DNA of 64,000 nt from Eledone cirrhosa (Eukaryota). Made by a program: the position numbers and the translations under genes. Location: the NCBI GenBank assembly GCA_964016885.1, contig OZ024740.1:276520001-276584000 (forward strand). The letters are read 5' to 3'. The notes beneath the pieces are model-generated. The model did not search any database. It was not told where the DNA came from and worked only from the letters and a program-made list of their open reading frames with translations. This document shows, in pieces, positions 30,412 through 45,658 of the stretch. Every line of letters begins with the position of its first letter. The first letter of the stretch is position 1.

Positions 30412-30745
30412 GGAGGCACATGGCTTAGTGGTTAGAGCATTGGCCTAGCAATCAAAAGGTTGTGAGTTCAATTCTCAGACCGGGTGATGTGTTGTTTCCT
30501 TGAGCAAGACACTTTATTTCACATTGCTCCAGTTTCCTCAGCTGTAGAAATGAGATGATAGGGACCCCAGTCCCTATCATTCCACTGCAAAGTGGTCGTG
30601 GAGGTGCCACGCAAAAAAGCACCCAGCACTCACTGTAAATGAGGTCGTTGGTGATAGGAAGGGCATCCAGCTGTAGAAATCAAGCCAGAATCTGTTCCCG
30701 TCCCACCCTTGCAAGCAGGGAAAAGCGGACGTAAAATGAAATGAT
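30412..30745 (+). mobile_element. SINE family B, full length
   Basis: ggaggcacatggcttagtggttagagcattgg head, gagttcaattc B box, 3' ggacgtaaaatgaaatgat. Confidence 0.85.
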
Positions 30746-31025
30746 TAAATGATGATATACACATGCACACATATATATATATAGTTATTATAAATAACTA
30801 TATATATATACATATATACACACACACATATATATATATGGTATGGTCCTGTAACTCCTGATAGCGTTGTATTGGGTGCTGTATTGACATACAGCAGATT
30901 TCTTCTGCAGAGCGGAAGAATCGACACCAATACTAGACAGCTACTTTTATATGTATTTATATAAATTTCAAATTTCGCTCATCGTTATGACACACGCATT
31001 CATAGGTATGTGTGTGTGTATATAT

Positions 31026-33120
<2,095 letters not shown>

Positions 33121-33652
33121 CTTTATATATAATATATATATTTATTATATATATATATAAATATATATATATAATAAATAAGAGAGACATACATCGTCAT
33201 TAAAAAATATATGAACTTGAAAATGACCCCTCAGGTAATTTGATACTGTAAACTACTTGCAGTCTCAGGATGCCGTCAACAATATAGTCTTTCACTAAAC
33301 ATAGAACTAGAATAATAATACTATTCATATGGGTACTGGTACGTGATGTAAACACTAAAAACCAGTAATATATCAATAGATAGGAAAAACATCTTACAGT
33401 ATCTGATGAAGACATGCCAGTGGGTTATTATATAACAACTCTGACATCTTTGAAATACATATAATGGAATTATGTAATAAAATGAAGAAGTACAAATAAA
33501 ACCGTCTCTCTTTCTTATTATGTTGAAACTCCAGTTGATACCTTACCAAGAAAATCCTAAGGAATTCAAATCGTTGAGTGCTTTACGTCTGTTTAAGAAA
33601 GAGTCAGCAGATTTTTGATCAACCAACGTTCATTAACTGAATGATAAACATG

Positions 33653-33762
<110 letters not shown>

Positions 33763-33796
33763 ACATATATATATATAGATACATATATGAATTTAC

Positions 33797-33829
<33 letters not shown>

Positions 33830-34019
33830 AATATGTATAAATGATTATATATATATGTATTTACATATATATATATGCGTATATATAAATATATATATGC
33901 ATATATATATATATATATATATATCAAAATAGATTAACAGAGTCATGTGTGTGTGTATATATATCAATTTATATATATATATATACACACATGTATATAT
34001 ATATATTTATATATATATA

Positions 34020-34103
<84 letters not shown>

Positions 34104-34108
34104 TATAT

Positions 34109-34183
<75 letters not shown>

Positions 34184-34249
34184 CATATATATATATATAT
34201 ATGAAAGACGTAAAATAAGAAAATTATAAAAATTAACTTACTAAAATTT

Positions 34250-34335
34250 CACTCCAACTAATTAGTTTCTGAAAGGGAATAAACATTGTTTCCGAACGGA
34301 ACAACATGGAGAAAAAATCCTTTCATCAGGAAGTC
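34250..34335 (-). ncRNA. Type-I hammerhead ribozyme candidate with long stem II
   Basis: Minus strand reads ACTTC-CTGATGA-AAGGA...TCCCTTTCA-GAAA-C-TAATTA-G-TT-GGAGT. Stem I is ACTTC/GGAGT; stem III is closed at a GUU site; the base of stem II is imperfect. Confidence 0.55.
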
Positions 34336-35123
34336 TATTCTCAGCTAAGTTCCCAGGCAATGCGTGAACACAGAGAACTTATACAAAAATAATAATTAAA
34401 TATATATATATATTGTATTTCAACAAAAAGGTGTAGGACAGGACAAAGGAGAGGCACAAAATAACAAATCAGTCATTGAGGAGGTCACAGAATGTGTGAC
34501 AAAAAATCTGTGACAATAAACAAACAACTATTTGGCTATTAAACCAACCAGCTGGAAATTTATAATAAATTTAAGTGAAAATCAACAGATGTGTGTGTTT
34601 CTATTGGCAGCATGACCCTCCCAAATTAACACATTATCTGTTTCAACACATTTCCAAAGGAGAAATCTTGCCAATCAAATATAAAAAGTGGAAAACAGAC
34701 GTTAAACGCTGATGATGATATATATGTTTATAATTTATTTAGGTGCATAACAATTGTTGCAGGTGGCATGCTGTTCGAAGCACTCAATGCTGTTACGAGG
34801 TCCGTCTTGTTTGGCTTGTATTCCAGAGTTAACATGGCTGTATGAGCAGAGTGTAAATGTATATGTGCGTATATATATATATATATACATAATAACAGGA
34901 AATAGTAGACAAAAATATAACTATTTTTTCTTCAAAGTCCCGACTGCAGTTTCACCAATCCGTGTAAAACTGTGCATTATAAAAATGCACCATCGTTGTG
35001 AGGCAAATCGCTTTTTCAAGAGACACCGCAGCAAAAAGGACTGTTTCCTCTGATGCGTTTGCAGCAAGTGAGAAAATCTCTATATGCCGAGGGTGGAATT
35101 AACATGCGATACATCGGTTAAGA

Positions 35124-35185
<62 letters not shown>

Positions 35186-35189
35186 ATTT

Positions 35190-37280
35190 ATATATTTATT
35201 AAAATAACAGATTAAAGTTTAAGCAAAGAATCGCTGCTTTCACCCTTAACAGGATCTTCTGAAACTAACAAAGTCAATCTGTAAACGCAGAAGTGGATAT
35301 TTCAAAAAAAGTTGCAACCAGAGGAAGACAGGAAGACGATACTTTGGTTCGTGGTAACGTTCCCTGGCAAAGAACGGGAAAAAAAACGAATATAATACGT
35401 CATTAATAGGAGCGGGGAAAGACAATTACACGCAAAGACAGAACCAGGTTTATGGTATAAAAGAGGTCGTAGACTAATGTTCTCTTAGGTGGTTCATAGA
35501 GACGTTCTCTGGCAATGAACGAAAAAAACGAAGATAATACGTCATATGTGGAGCGTGGAGAACAATTGCACGCAAAGACAAAACCACGTAAATGGTATAG
35601 CAGAAGTCGTAGACTAAAATTCTAACTAGGAGACCGAATGAATCTCCGCTTCAGAGTTAAGAATAAAGTAAATAAATACAATACAGAAGTAATAGAAATT
35701 AAATAAATACATACACGCATACAAATACGTACATACACAAGCATACTTGAAAACACTTACCATAGGTATACAAAACCACGCACATATAAATATGTGTGTG
35801 TGCGTGTATACAAATAAATAAATAATTAAATAAACGTATATAAATAAATAAATACGTATATAACAAGCGCACACACATACCTACATGTAAATACATAAAT
35901 GTTCGGAGACGTATGTCAACCAAAACATGAAGTAAACATAACACACACCCTACATACGTACAAACCTGCATACTCACACAGACGCAAAACTCCCATATAC
36001 ACATAACCAAACCATATGTACCAGAATATATAAAATTATACGCCATAACATATACAATCAAATATACGTACGAGAAAGTATACGTACCTTCACAAAACAT
36101 ACAGGTAATATATACTTACCTATGCAAATAAGTAATGGTATAAACAAAACATATACTTAGCTACCACATCAAGACGTAAAATATCCACGTATAGATCGTA
36201 CTATCCGTTAGGGTATAACGTGGGGCTGTAATACAGGAAAGTTTTGTGCAATTTATGTTTACAAGCCGAAATTGCCTCAGATTTTTTGTTTAAGATGTGG
36301 TCTGTGGCGTAGAGTATTTCCAGGGCCTCAGCGGCGCAGAGGTCACATGGTCTTTTATTTCCGTTATACGATCTAGCCCTAGCTAGGATCTCCCAGTGTA
36401 ACTTATATTGGGTGTGGTTGTTTTTAGACTCCAGATATAAGCTGAAAGTGACGTCATATTCCTTCTTAGAGGGTAACGAAAAGAATGGGTATGCATGTAA
36501 AGACGCTGCTTGAATCTATTGGCGGTTAACCCTATGTAGGCCCTACGGGACGTGGGTGTTTCAACCTTACATTTGTAGACAATGTTACTAGAGAGGCATT
36601 TCCCGGATAGGGGTAATCAACCCGATTCCTACAATTACAGTTAGTACTAACTACGTGTTCCTACGGCTAGGTAATTTAGCTAAATTTGAAGCTGTGATGT
36701 TAAGTGCAATGTTAGGAGTCGTATAGTAAGAAATTTTAATAGTATTTCTATTAAAAATTTTACTATATTTATATGTAGGGGGAAAATGCTTCGTAATAAG
36801 GGAAAGAAAGATCTCAGCTAATGGTGTGGCCACCTCCATATTATAAGGTGGGTTATACCAACAAATGCGACGGGATCTATTTCTTCTAGGTCTATTTTCG
36901 TACTCTGTATATGCTACCTTATCGACAAATCCACTCCGAGCAAGAGCTTCATTGTAATAAGTGGAATGGTCGTTGAAAATATGCTCGTTAGTAGATAGAC
37001 GGGAAAGCCTCAACGAAACGTTTCCACGAACCAAAGTATCGTCTTCCTGTCTTCCTCCGGTTGCAACGTTTTTTGAAATATCCACTTCTGCGTTTACAGA
37101 TTGACTTTGTTAGTTTCAGAAGATCCCGTTAAGGGTGAAAGCAGCGATTCTTTGCTTAAACTTTAATCTGTTATGTTAATAAATATTTGCTCTACGGTTC
37201 TTATATATTTGATATATATTTATCCTTATCGAGCCCTCTTTGGATTTTAGTCTTCAAATTTATTATTATTACTATATCAA
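35190..37280 (-). mobile_element. 5'-truncated Penelope-like element (RT thumb + GIY-YIG), with its 3' end duplicated in inverted orientation
   Basis: ORF 36651-37085 (SLRLSRLSTNE...WYNPPYN...IFNRNTIKISY) continues with frameshifts into NIVYKCKV...YIGLTANRFKQR. 35196-35361 is the reverse complement of 37017-37185. Confidence 0.9.
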
Positions 37281-37371
37281 TTTATAGATATATATATATA
37301 TATATAAATATATTTGAAAAAAGGAAAAGAATGACTTCACTTATAGTTCTAAACAATTTGATTTAATTTTA

Positions 37372-37968
37372 TAATATTATGAGTTGGTAGATCTACTAAG
37401 TTCTTTGTTAACTTCGGTGCGAAGATTTTTAAAGATTCCTGGTTAACTTTCCTGGAGAACTTTCTGGCGATTGTCAAACTGAGATCAGGTTGTGTTGTGA
37501 TGTGTGACTCTATATATAAGAGAGATTTGGATGTGTTTGGTGGGGGTGTTATTGAATGACCATTTATTGAAATGGAACCAACAGGATGGCACTTTTACAG
37601 CGCCTTTCTTAAACACTCTTTAAACAACCCCAACAGCACTTCCAATCAATTATCTTGCTGTTACCATTCACTATTTTCTGTGTATATATGTGTATAGGTG
37701 TATATATATATATGTATGTCTGTATATATTTATGTTTTAATTCCTTTAAATCTTCATCAACATTCCTTCACTCCTACACTCATTAACACCACCCCACCAG
37801 ACACATCCAAATCTCATATATAGAATCATGCATTACAATACATCCTGATCTCAGTTTGACAATCGCTACGGACGAATGCCAGAAAGTCTCCAGGAAAATT
37901 AACCAGGAATCTTTATAAATCTTCCCACCGAAGTTAACAAAAAACTTACTCGATCTACCAACTCATAA
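37372..37968. repeat. Diverged fold-back element
   Basis: 37372-37555 is reverse-complementary to ~37780-37968. Confidence 0.75.
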
Positions 37969-37973
37969 TATTA

Positions 37974-38996
37974 TCTGTATATATATAAAATTAAGTGTGT
38001 GTGTGTGTGTCTGTGTGTCTGTGTATTACCTATAGGGGCCTACATCTTACGACCGATTTTCATGAAACTTTACAGGCTCATAGATTAATCACCGGGGAGT
38101 GTTTTCTATATATCAGCGTATCATATTTTTATTCTGGGGTTATTCTGCAGATAAAAATCGATAGGAGGGTCACCTTTTTTTAGGTATTCGTTCAAATTTT
38201 AAAGCAAAATAGAATTCATCATTGCACATCCTGTAATGGCTTTATATTTTGCATTTGTTGTTCAGGGACGGCGTGGCAGCCGCTTAAATATTAAAAAATA
38301 CCACTTTTAGACTCAAATTTCCACTTTTTCGGCTCTATCTCCAACATTAATCAACCTACTTTGATCCAATTTTACACTACGCTAGATCTGATTATTTCAC
38401 GTCTTAAAGTGGCTTTACATTTTGGATTTTTTGTTCAGAAACGGCGTGGCAGCCGTTTAAATATTCAAAAATACCACCTTTTCGTTTAAATTTCCGCCTT
38501 GTCGGCTCTAGCTCCCACATTTTCCAACCGATTTCGTTCAAATTCGAAACTTCGGCTCCACCTCACACATAAATCAATTTATTTCGTTCAAGTTAGAACC
38601 TATCATTGCACATCTTATAGTAGCTTTACACTTTGCATTTTTTGTTCAGGGACGGCGACCTATCATTAGCTCCCATATTTTTCAACCGATTTCGTTCAAA
38701 TTCGAAACTTCGGCTCCACCTCACACATAAATCAATTTATACTACGATAGAACCTATCATTGCACATCTTATAGATGGTCAAAGGCAAAACGATGGCCAC
38801 TGACGTCGTCTGAACTTTTAGTTGTGTATTTGAGAATTCATCGGTTTCCAATCAATAGAGGTCATCACCACTCTCTCCCGCATGGCCTGTGTGTGGCCAT
38901 AGATGAGTAATCGAGAAGCACTCGCTAAGATCAACACCTTTTCATCAAAGCAGATATTATTTTACCTATCCAGGCAACGCTGGGTACTGCTGCTAG
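37974..38996 (+). mobile_element. Non-autonomous Helitron
   Basis: Inserted between A and T. 5' TC followed by tatataaaa and a (GT/GTCT) microsatellite; 3' hairpin ccaggcaacgctggg then CTAG; internal ~180-bp repeats. Confidence 0.8.
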
Positions 38997-39129
38997 TAAT
39001 GTTATAAAATTAAATCAAATTGTTTAGAACTACAAGTGAAGTTATTCTTTTCCTTTTTTCAAATATACCTAACTGTACCAAGGATTTCACACATTTTCCA
39101 ATATATATATATATATATATATATATTGG

Positions 39130-39188
<59 letters not shown>

Positions 39189-39907
39189 TTGTGGGTGCAG
39201 GCATTGGTGAGTGGTTATGTTTGCTTTGCAATCATTAGTTTCTGAAGTTGATTCCACTACATGAACACTTTGAAAAAAATGTCTTTTAAATTTGGTCAAC
39301 CAAAGCATTGTGAGTTTAATTGGGTAGACTGAAACTGTGTGGAAGACTTAATCTGTAATTCAGAGTTCTATCCGTATCATCATCATCATTTTTCCATCCA
39401 TTTTTCCATGCTCACAAGGGCTGGGTGGGTCCGTCTCAGCACAGCATCTCTCCACCTTCCATGTTTCTTTGTATCTGTAATGTGAGTTTCAGCCCTGTGA
39501 TAATGATTCTGCCAGAGAATTACGTTATCGATGCATATATCTGTAAATTATGGAAACTCATTAATTCAATGAGTAGGACAGTCAGTTCATAGAACAATTG
39601 AATAATTATTTGTGAAACAAATGTAAGATCCATCATATAGAAAGGTAATTTAATCTAACAAGAGCTAAGTATTTTTTCCAGTCACAAACAGAGCACAGCT
39701 CCAGGGGTTCGAACACAATTTTTCCTCAGCAAACAGTAATCTAGAACTTCAAAGGAATATATCTATCAATAATGAGAGTAAGTAAAACAAATAGATTTTT
39801 TGAGTTTCTTCATTGGGATATTCTCATTTAGAAAATATTGTAAAAGTATATAAAACATCGCCTCAGCTGGATGACTAGAACAGGTAAAAGAGTAATATAT
39901 ATATGTA

Positions 39908-39989
<82 letters not shown>

Positions 39990-40367
39990 GGAAAAAGTAT
40001 GACCCCGACGGCAGAGCTCAAGCCGTTTCGACGGCTATTTCTGGACTAAATTAGAATTTTTAGCCTGGTGAATAAATAGCCGAACTTGTCAAGGGGGTAC
40101 TTCCTTATATGGGAAGATTGTAGCTGTCAAGAGGATTGGTTAAAATTTGTTGTAAACACAAATAAGTCTATCATGGCATTTGGTGGGAGGTAGGGGTGGC
40201 TGAACTTTCCTGTAGAACAATAGGGGAGTGAGTGGAGCAGTCAAGCATTGAAAGTGGTATGTATACATCCGATTTTAAGGATAGTGTATGAAGTGAGAGA
40301 GGGGGTTATAGAATAGGTAAATCGAAAGAGAGTAGGAGACAATAAAAGATACTAGAAAGAAATAAAA
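39990..40367 (-). mobile_element. Left arm of a ~380-bp inverted repeat carrying a hammerhead variant (partner 44478-44860)
   Basis: Reverse complement of 44478-44860. Ribozyme at 39997-40100. Confidence 0.85.
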
Positions 40368-40381
40368 TATATATATATACA

Positions 40382-40850
40382 TGTAAAGTTATATTTAAAA
40401 TTGTTGGGTTACAACTAGTAAATATTTATAACTGATATAAAAGCACTCGACAAATATTTGGAGTATATTTACAATATTAAATAAATGGAAAACTATATTT
40501 ATAAAACCATATTTATTTCATTATATATATTTCGGGGATATCATATTAACAATATGTTATGCCTTCATCAGACAAAATACAATATAAACAGTTTTATAGA
40601 TAAATATATTCGACATACCGTAAAAAACATCAACTTCATTTGAAGAGGTTTACTCTAGCCAGAGTAAACCTCTTCAAATGAAGTTGATGTTTATTACGGT
40701 ATGTCGAATATATTTATCTATAAAACTGTTTATATTGTATTTTGTCTGATGAAGGCATAACATATTGTTAATATGATATCCCCGAAATATATATAATGAA
40801 ATAAATATGGTTTTATAAATATAGTTTTCCATTTATTTAATATTGTATAT
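40382..40850. mobile_element. Fold-back element with ~185-bp near-perfect arms and hammerhead-like cores
   Basis: Palindrome with a 4-nt loop at 40657-40660. CTGATGA at 40746 and GAAA at 40784. Same family as 31453-31860. Confidence 0.8.
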
Positions 40851-40860
40851 ATATATATAT

Positions 40861-42872
40861 AAATTTAGATAGTGAGAAATGAATAAAGAAATCACAATGC
40901 TATCTTACAATTATAGGTTAATAAGTTGAGAATAGAAAAAACTTATAGAAATTACAAACCAGATACAAACTTAAAGGGGTTCTTAACTCATCTGCTATAA
41001 GTAGTTAGTAAAACATATTCGGCCAATTCTATCTTAAAATAACAGGGGTGGGGGAACTGATGCTACAAGGCCCGATGGGCTGCATCGGGGTAGGTGAAAG
41101 GGGAAAGCAGACGAGGAAGAAAATAGGGGGTGGAAGGAAGTGATAGGATGAGACAAGGGGAAGAAGGAGACAAAGAGGAAAAGAAGAGATATACATTTAT
41201 CTATGTAAATTGGGGTTACATAGGTAAATGTTTCTGTGGATAAAGAGAGCTCCCGACGTCAGTATGGGCGCGACGGATTCGGCCGAGGTCACAGGTCTTA
41301 TAGGATTATTCCTACTATTTAAACTCACCGAAATGTTTCCTGCATTCGGCGGTGGATTGTACCGGGATGATGGGCTCCTCATCCTCACAGGGTACAACCC
41401 CAGTAGTACAGACCGGGTCCGGAAACAACTAATCAACTTCTTCCGGGACTTGGGATTTAAAATCACCCTACAAACGTCCCTAACCCGACTCAATTTCCTG
41501 GACGTTACCCGTAACCTCGAAAATGATCTGTACTACCCATACAGGAAACCAAACGACAACCTGCACTACATCCACCGCCGCTCTAACCATCCTAGAAACA
41601 TCACTAATAACCTGGTTAAAAACATCTCCCTCCGCATTTCTCGTCTGTCCGCTAATGAGCAGATATTCGACGAAAACGCACCTCATTACAACCAGGCCCT
41701 CAAGCGGAGTGGCTTCCGGGAGGAAATATCCTTTTATCCAGCTTCCCTTAGCGGAACCAGCAGGCGACACCGCCGCTCTCGCAACGTAACGTGGTTAAAT
41801 CCTGCCCACAATGCCGAGATGGCAACACATATCGGGAAAATCTTTAGACTCCTCTAAAACACTTCCCACTACAACACCGCTACTACAACATAATCAACAA
41901 AAATACCATCAAACTCTCCTACAACACCACACCTAACTTCTCACAAAACATCGTCTCCTCAAACAACAAAAATCTCAACCCCTATGAAAGAAATAACCTA
42001 GACATCAGTGGAGAGCCGACCAGGAGGTGTAACTGCCCTAATAGATCTACGTGCCCCCTCAACAACAAATGCCGAGAACGTAACGTGATCTACCAGTGCA
42101 ACGTGAGGCCGGACACCTCCAACAAAGCTTATATAGGATTAACCGCGTGTGACTTCAAGACTCGGTTCTCCTAACACCGACACACTTTCCCAAACCCGGT
42201 TCGGCGACATGCCACTACACTTTCGGGCCACATCTGGGACCTCCAAGATAACAATATAACCTACAATCTCACTTGGATCTTACTGTCCAGAGCTAACTCT
42301 TACACGGGCGGACGCCGGCCGTGTAACTTATGCTCGGAGGAAACATTACAAATGCTGTTTTCGAAGGACCAACTCCTAAACAAGAAAGATGAACTGGTAA
42401 CCGCATGCAAACACAGATTGCGTAGGACTTACCTCGCCCTCAAACCCTATGACGACCCGGGTGGGTAGACAAGGGCTGATAACCCCACACACACTTGCCG
42501 AATAAGTTAGGGGAAACCCCAGCTTACATAGGTAAATGTATATCTCTTCTTTTCCTCTTTGTCTCCTTCTTCCCCCTGTCTCATCCTATCACTTCCTTCC
42601 ACCCCCTAATTTCTTCCTCATCTGCTTTCCCCTTTCGCCTACCCCGATGCAGCCCATCGGGCCTTGTAGCATCAGTTCCCCCACCCCTATTATTTTAAGA
42701 TAGAATTGGCCGAATACGTTTTACTAACTACTTATAGCAGATGTGTTAAAAACCCCTTTAAGTTTGTATCTGTTTTGTAATTTCTATAAGTTTTTTTCTA
42801 TTCTCAACGTATTAACCTGTAATTGTAAAATAGCATTGTGATTTCTTTATTCATTTCTCACTATCTAATTTT
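40861..42872 (+). mobile_element. 5'-truncated Penelope-like element (partial RT + GIY-YIG, internal stops) with inverted 3'-end copy
   Basis: DVSMGATDSAEV...LYRDDGL...FLDV (RT), then past a stop CNCPNRSTCPL...VIYQC...YIGLT...CNLCSEE (GIY-YIG) ending ~42468. 40861-41208 is the reverse complement of 42525-42872. Confidence 0.92.
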
Positions 42873-42883
42873 ATATATATATA

Positions 42884-44469
42884 CAGTGCCTCGCAAAAGT
42901 TTACAACACATTAGGAAAAATGCGGTTTTAGGTATTTTTAATAAAGTTAGGGTAATGAAAATTTAACTACCGATATAACATATAATGAGGCATTTAATGA
43001 TACAATCATAGTTTTAAAAAAATAACAAGGAAATAACTCATGAAGAAAAATCAATATTTTTATAACGCAAAAGTTTACAACACATTTATTAAATCATCTC
43101 TTAATATTTCGTAGCGTAACCTTTGTTGCTAATTACAGCCTGTAGGGCGTTTGGAGTAGCCTCCTACAAACTTCTTGCATGTTTCTTGGCTAATATTTAT
43201 CCATTCTTCACAACAAATTTTCTTTAGTTCAGGGATATTTTGGGGTTTCCTTTTTTGAATTCTCTCCACAAATTTTCGATCGGGTTAAGATCTGGAGACT
43301 GACATGGTCATTTTAGAACATTTATTCCATTCGTACTTAACCGAGATTGTGTTAGCTTTGCAGTATGCTTTGGATTGTTATCTTGTTGAAAAAACCAACC
43401 TGGCTTTAAGCTGAGAGAATGTTCACTTTGATGTAAATTCCTTTGGAAAATACCTCTATAATAAGTGCCACCCATTCTTCCTTCTATTATTTCAATATTT
43501 CCTAATCCTGTGGAACTAAAGCAACCCCAGACCATGATTGATTCACCTCCAAATTTTACAGTTGGAATAGTATTCTTCAGCGAATATTCAGTACCTTTCT
43601 TTCTCCAGACTTTTGCCACAGCATTTCGACCAAAATGTTCAATTTTTGTTTCGTCCGACCAAAATACATCTTCCCAAAATGACGCAGGTTTGATGAGATG
43701 CTCATTTGCAAAGTTTAATCGACGAAGAACGTGTTTCCTCGTAAGAAGTGGTGTTTTCCTTGGAGACCTCGAGAATATATTATATCGACGAAGTGAACGA
43801 CTAATTGTATCTGTGCTCACTTTTACTCCACTTTCTTCTAGGTCATCCTGAAGATTTTTAAGAGTACACCGGGGTTCGTTGCCAACCTTTCTCGTCAATA
43901 ACCGAGCTGCACGTTCCGTTATCTTTCTAGGACAACCAGAACTAATTAGAGGACAGATGGAATGATGAGATTTCCAGTGACGAATTATTGTACCAACTGA
44001 ACTCAATGGCACATTTAACTGACAAGATATCTTTCTATAACCAACACCATTTGTATGAAGGTCTACAATGCGTTTACAGAGATCTTGATCAATCAGTTTA
44101 TTTTTCCCCATATTGTCCATGTTTACAGGATGGTTGTCAATGTTTACAGGATGGTTGTCAGACAAATAATGATGTAATGTTTTTAATAGTCCTTAGAAGT
44201 TACCTTTAACCTAATCTAGAACATTCTACTGAATTTTAAATCTGAAAATTTAAGAATTTTCTTGAAAAAAAGCGATAAATATAAAATGTGTTGTAAACTT
44301 TTGCGTTATAAAAATATTGATTTTTCTTCATTTTTTTAAAAAATATGATTGTATCATTATATGCCTCATTATATGTTCTATCAGGAGTTAAATTTTTATT
44401 ACCTAACTTTATTAAAAATACCTAAAACTGCATTTTTCCTAATGTGTTGTAAACTTTTGCGGGGCACTG
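42884..44469 (-). mobile_element. Tc1-family DNA transposon, IR/DR type, transposase inactivated
   Basis: TA-flanked cagtgcc...ggcactg termini; ~200-bp TIRs with the internal repeat gcaaaagtttacaacacatt. ORF 43308-44165 has WSDETKIE, WGCF and QQDNNPKH; a TGA replaces W before PCQSPDLNPIENLW. Confidence 0.95.
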
Positions 44470-44746
44470 TATATATATTTTTATTTATTTCTAGTATCTT
44501 TTATTGTCTCCTACTCTCTTTCGATTTACCTATTCTATAACCTCCCTCCCTCACTTCATACACTATCCTTAGAATCTGCTGTATACATATCACTTTCAAT
44601 GCTTGACTGCTCCACTCATTCCCCTATTGTTCTACAGGCAAGTTCAGCCACGCCTACCTCCCACCAAATGCCATGATAGACTTATTTGTGTTTACAACAA
44701 ATTTTAACCAATCCTCTTGACAACTACAATCTTCCCATATAAGGAA

Positions 44747-44850
44747 GTACCCCCTTGACAAGTTCGGCTATTTATTCACCAGGCTAAAAATTATAATTTA
44801 GTCCAGAAATAGCCGTCGAAACGGCTTGAGCTCTGCCGTCGGGGTTATAC
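44747..44850 (+). ncRNA. Type-I hammerhead ribozyme, U3-A8 core variant
   Basis: CCCC-TTGACAA-G(TT)CGGCTATTT...AAATAGCCG(T)C-GAAA-CGGC-ttgagctct-GCCG-TC-GGGG. All three stems pair; GUC site at 44838-44840. Confidence 0.7.
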
Positions 44851-45286
44851 TTTTTCCCATTCCCACTCTACTACCCTACGTATTGAGTACTCTGGTCCGT
44901 TATGGTCCATTTGGTTCCTTACCACAATTCCTTTGTTATATATATATAAATATATATAATCCATAAACAAGCTTGTTATTCAAATTCCATCTTTAATTTC
45001 TATAAATGTTTCTAAGGGGATAAATGTAGCACCAGTAGAAAGAATCACTCAATTATTTGGTCAAACAATTAATGATTAATAATTCATATGGCAGAAAAGC
45101 ATATAGCTCCATTTCATCAGGAAATATAGATTGTTATTTAACACACCAAGAAAATATACAAGCTTGATATGTAGCAGGTGATTGATACACCCCATCAGAA
45201 TAATAGAGGATCCTGCTACTCTCATAACCCCCCCCCCCCCCCACCTTCTCTCTCACTCTCTCGCTTTCTCTCTCTGTTATGTTGTT

Positions 45287-45488
<202 letters not shown>

Positions 45489-45519
45489 GTAAATATATAT
45501 ATATTTATATATATATATA

Positions 45520-45567
<48 letters not shown>

Positions 45568-45592
45568 CAGAGTAAATATATATATATTTATT

Positions 45593-45658
<66 letters not shown>

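Noticed and set aside
30412-30490. tRNA gene-like sequence (also the heads of SINE family A)
   Set aside because: A and B boxes are present, but the sequence continues into a multi-copy SINE body and lacks a proper acceptor stem.
43308-44165. Active Tc1 transposase
   Set aside because: Premature TGA before the SPDLNPIE motif containing the catalytic E, and further C-terminal decay.
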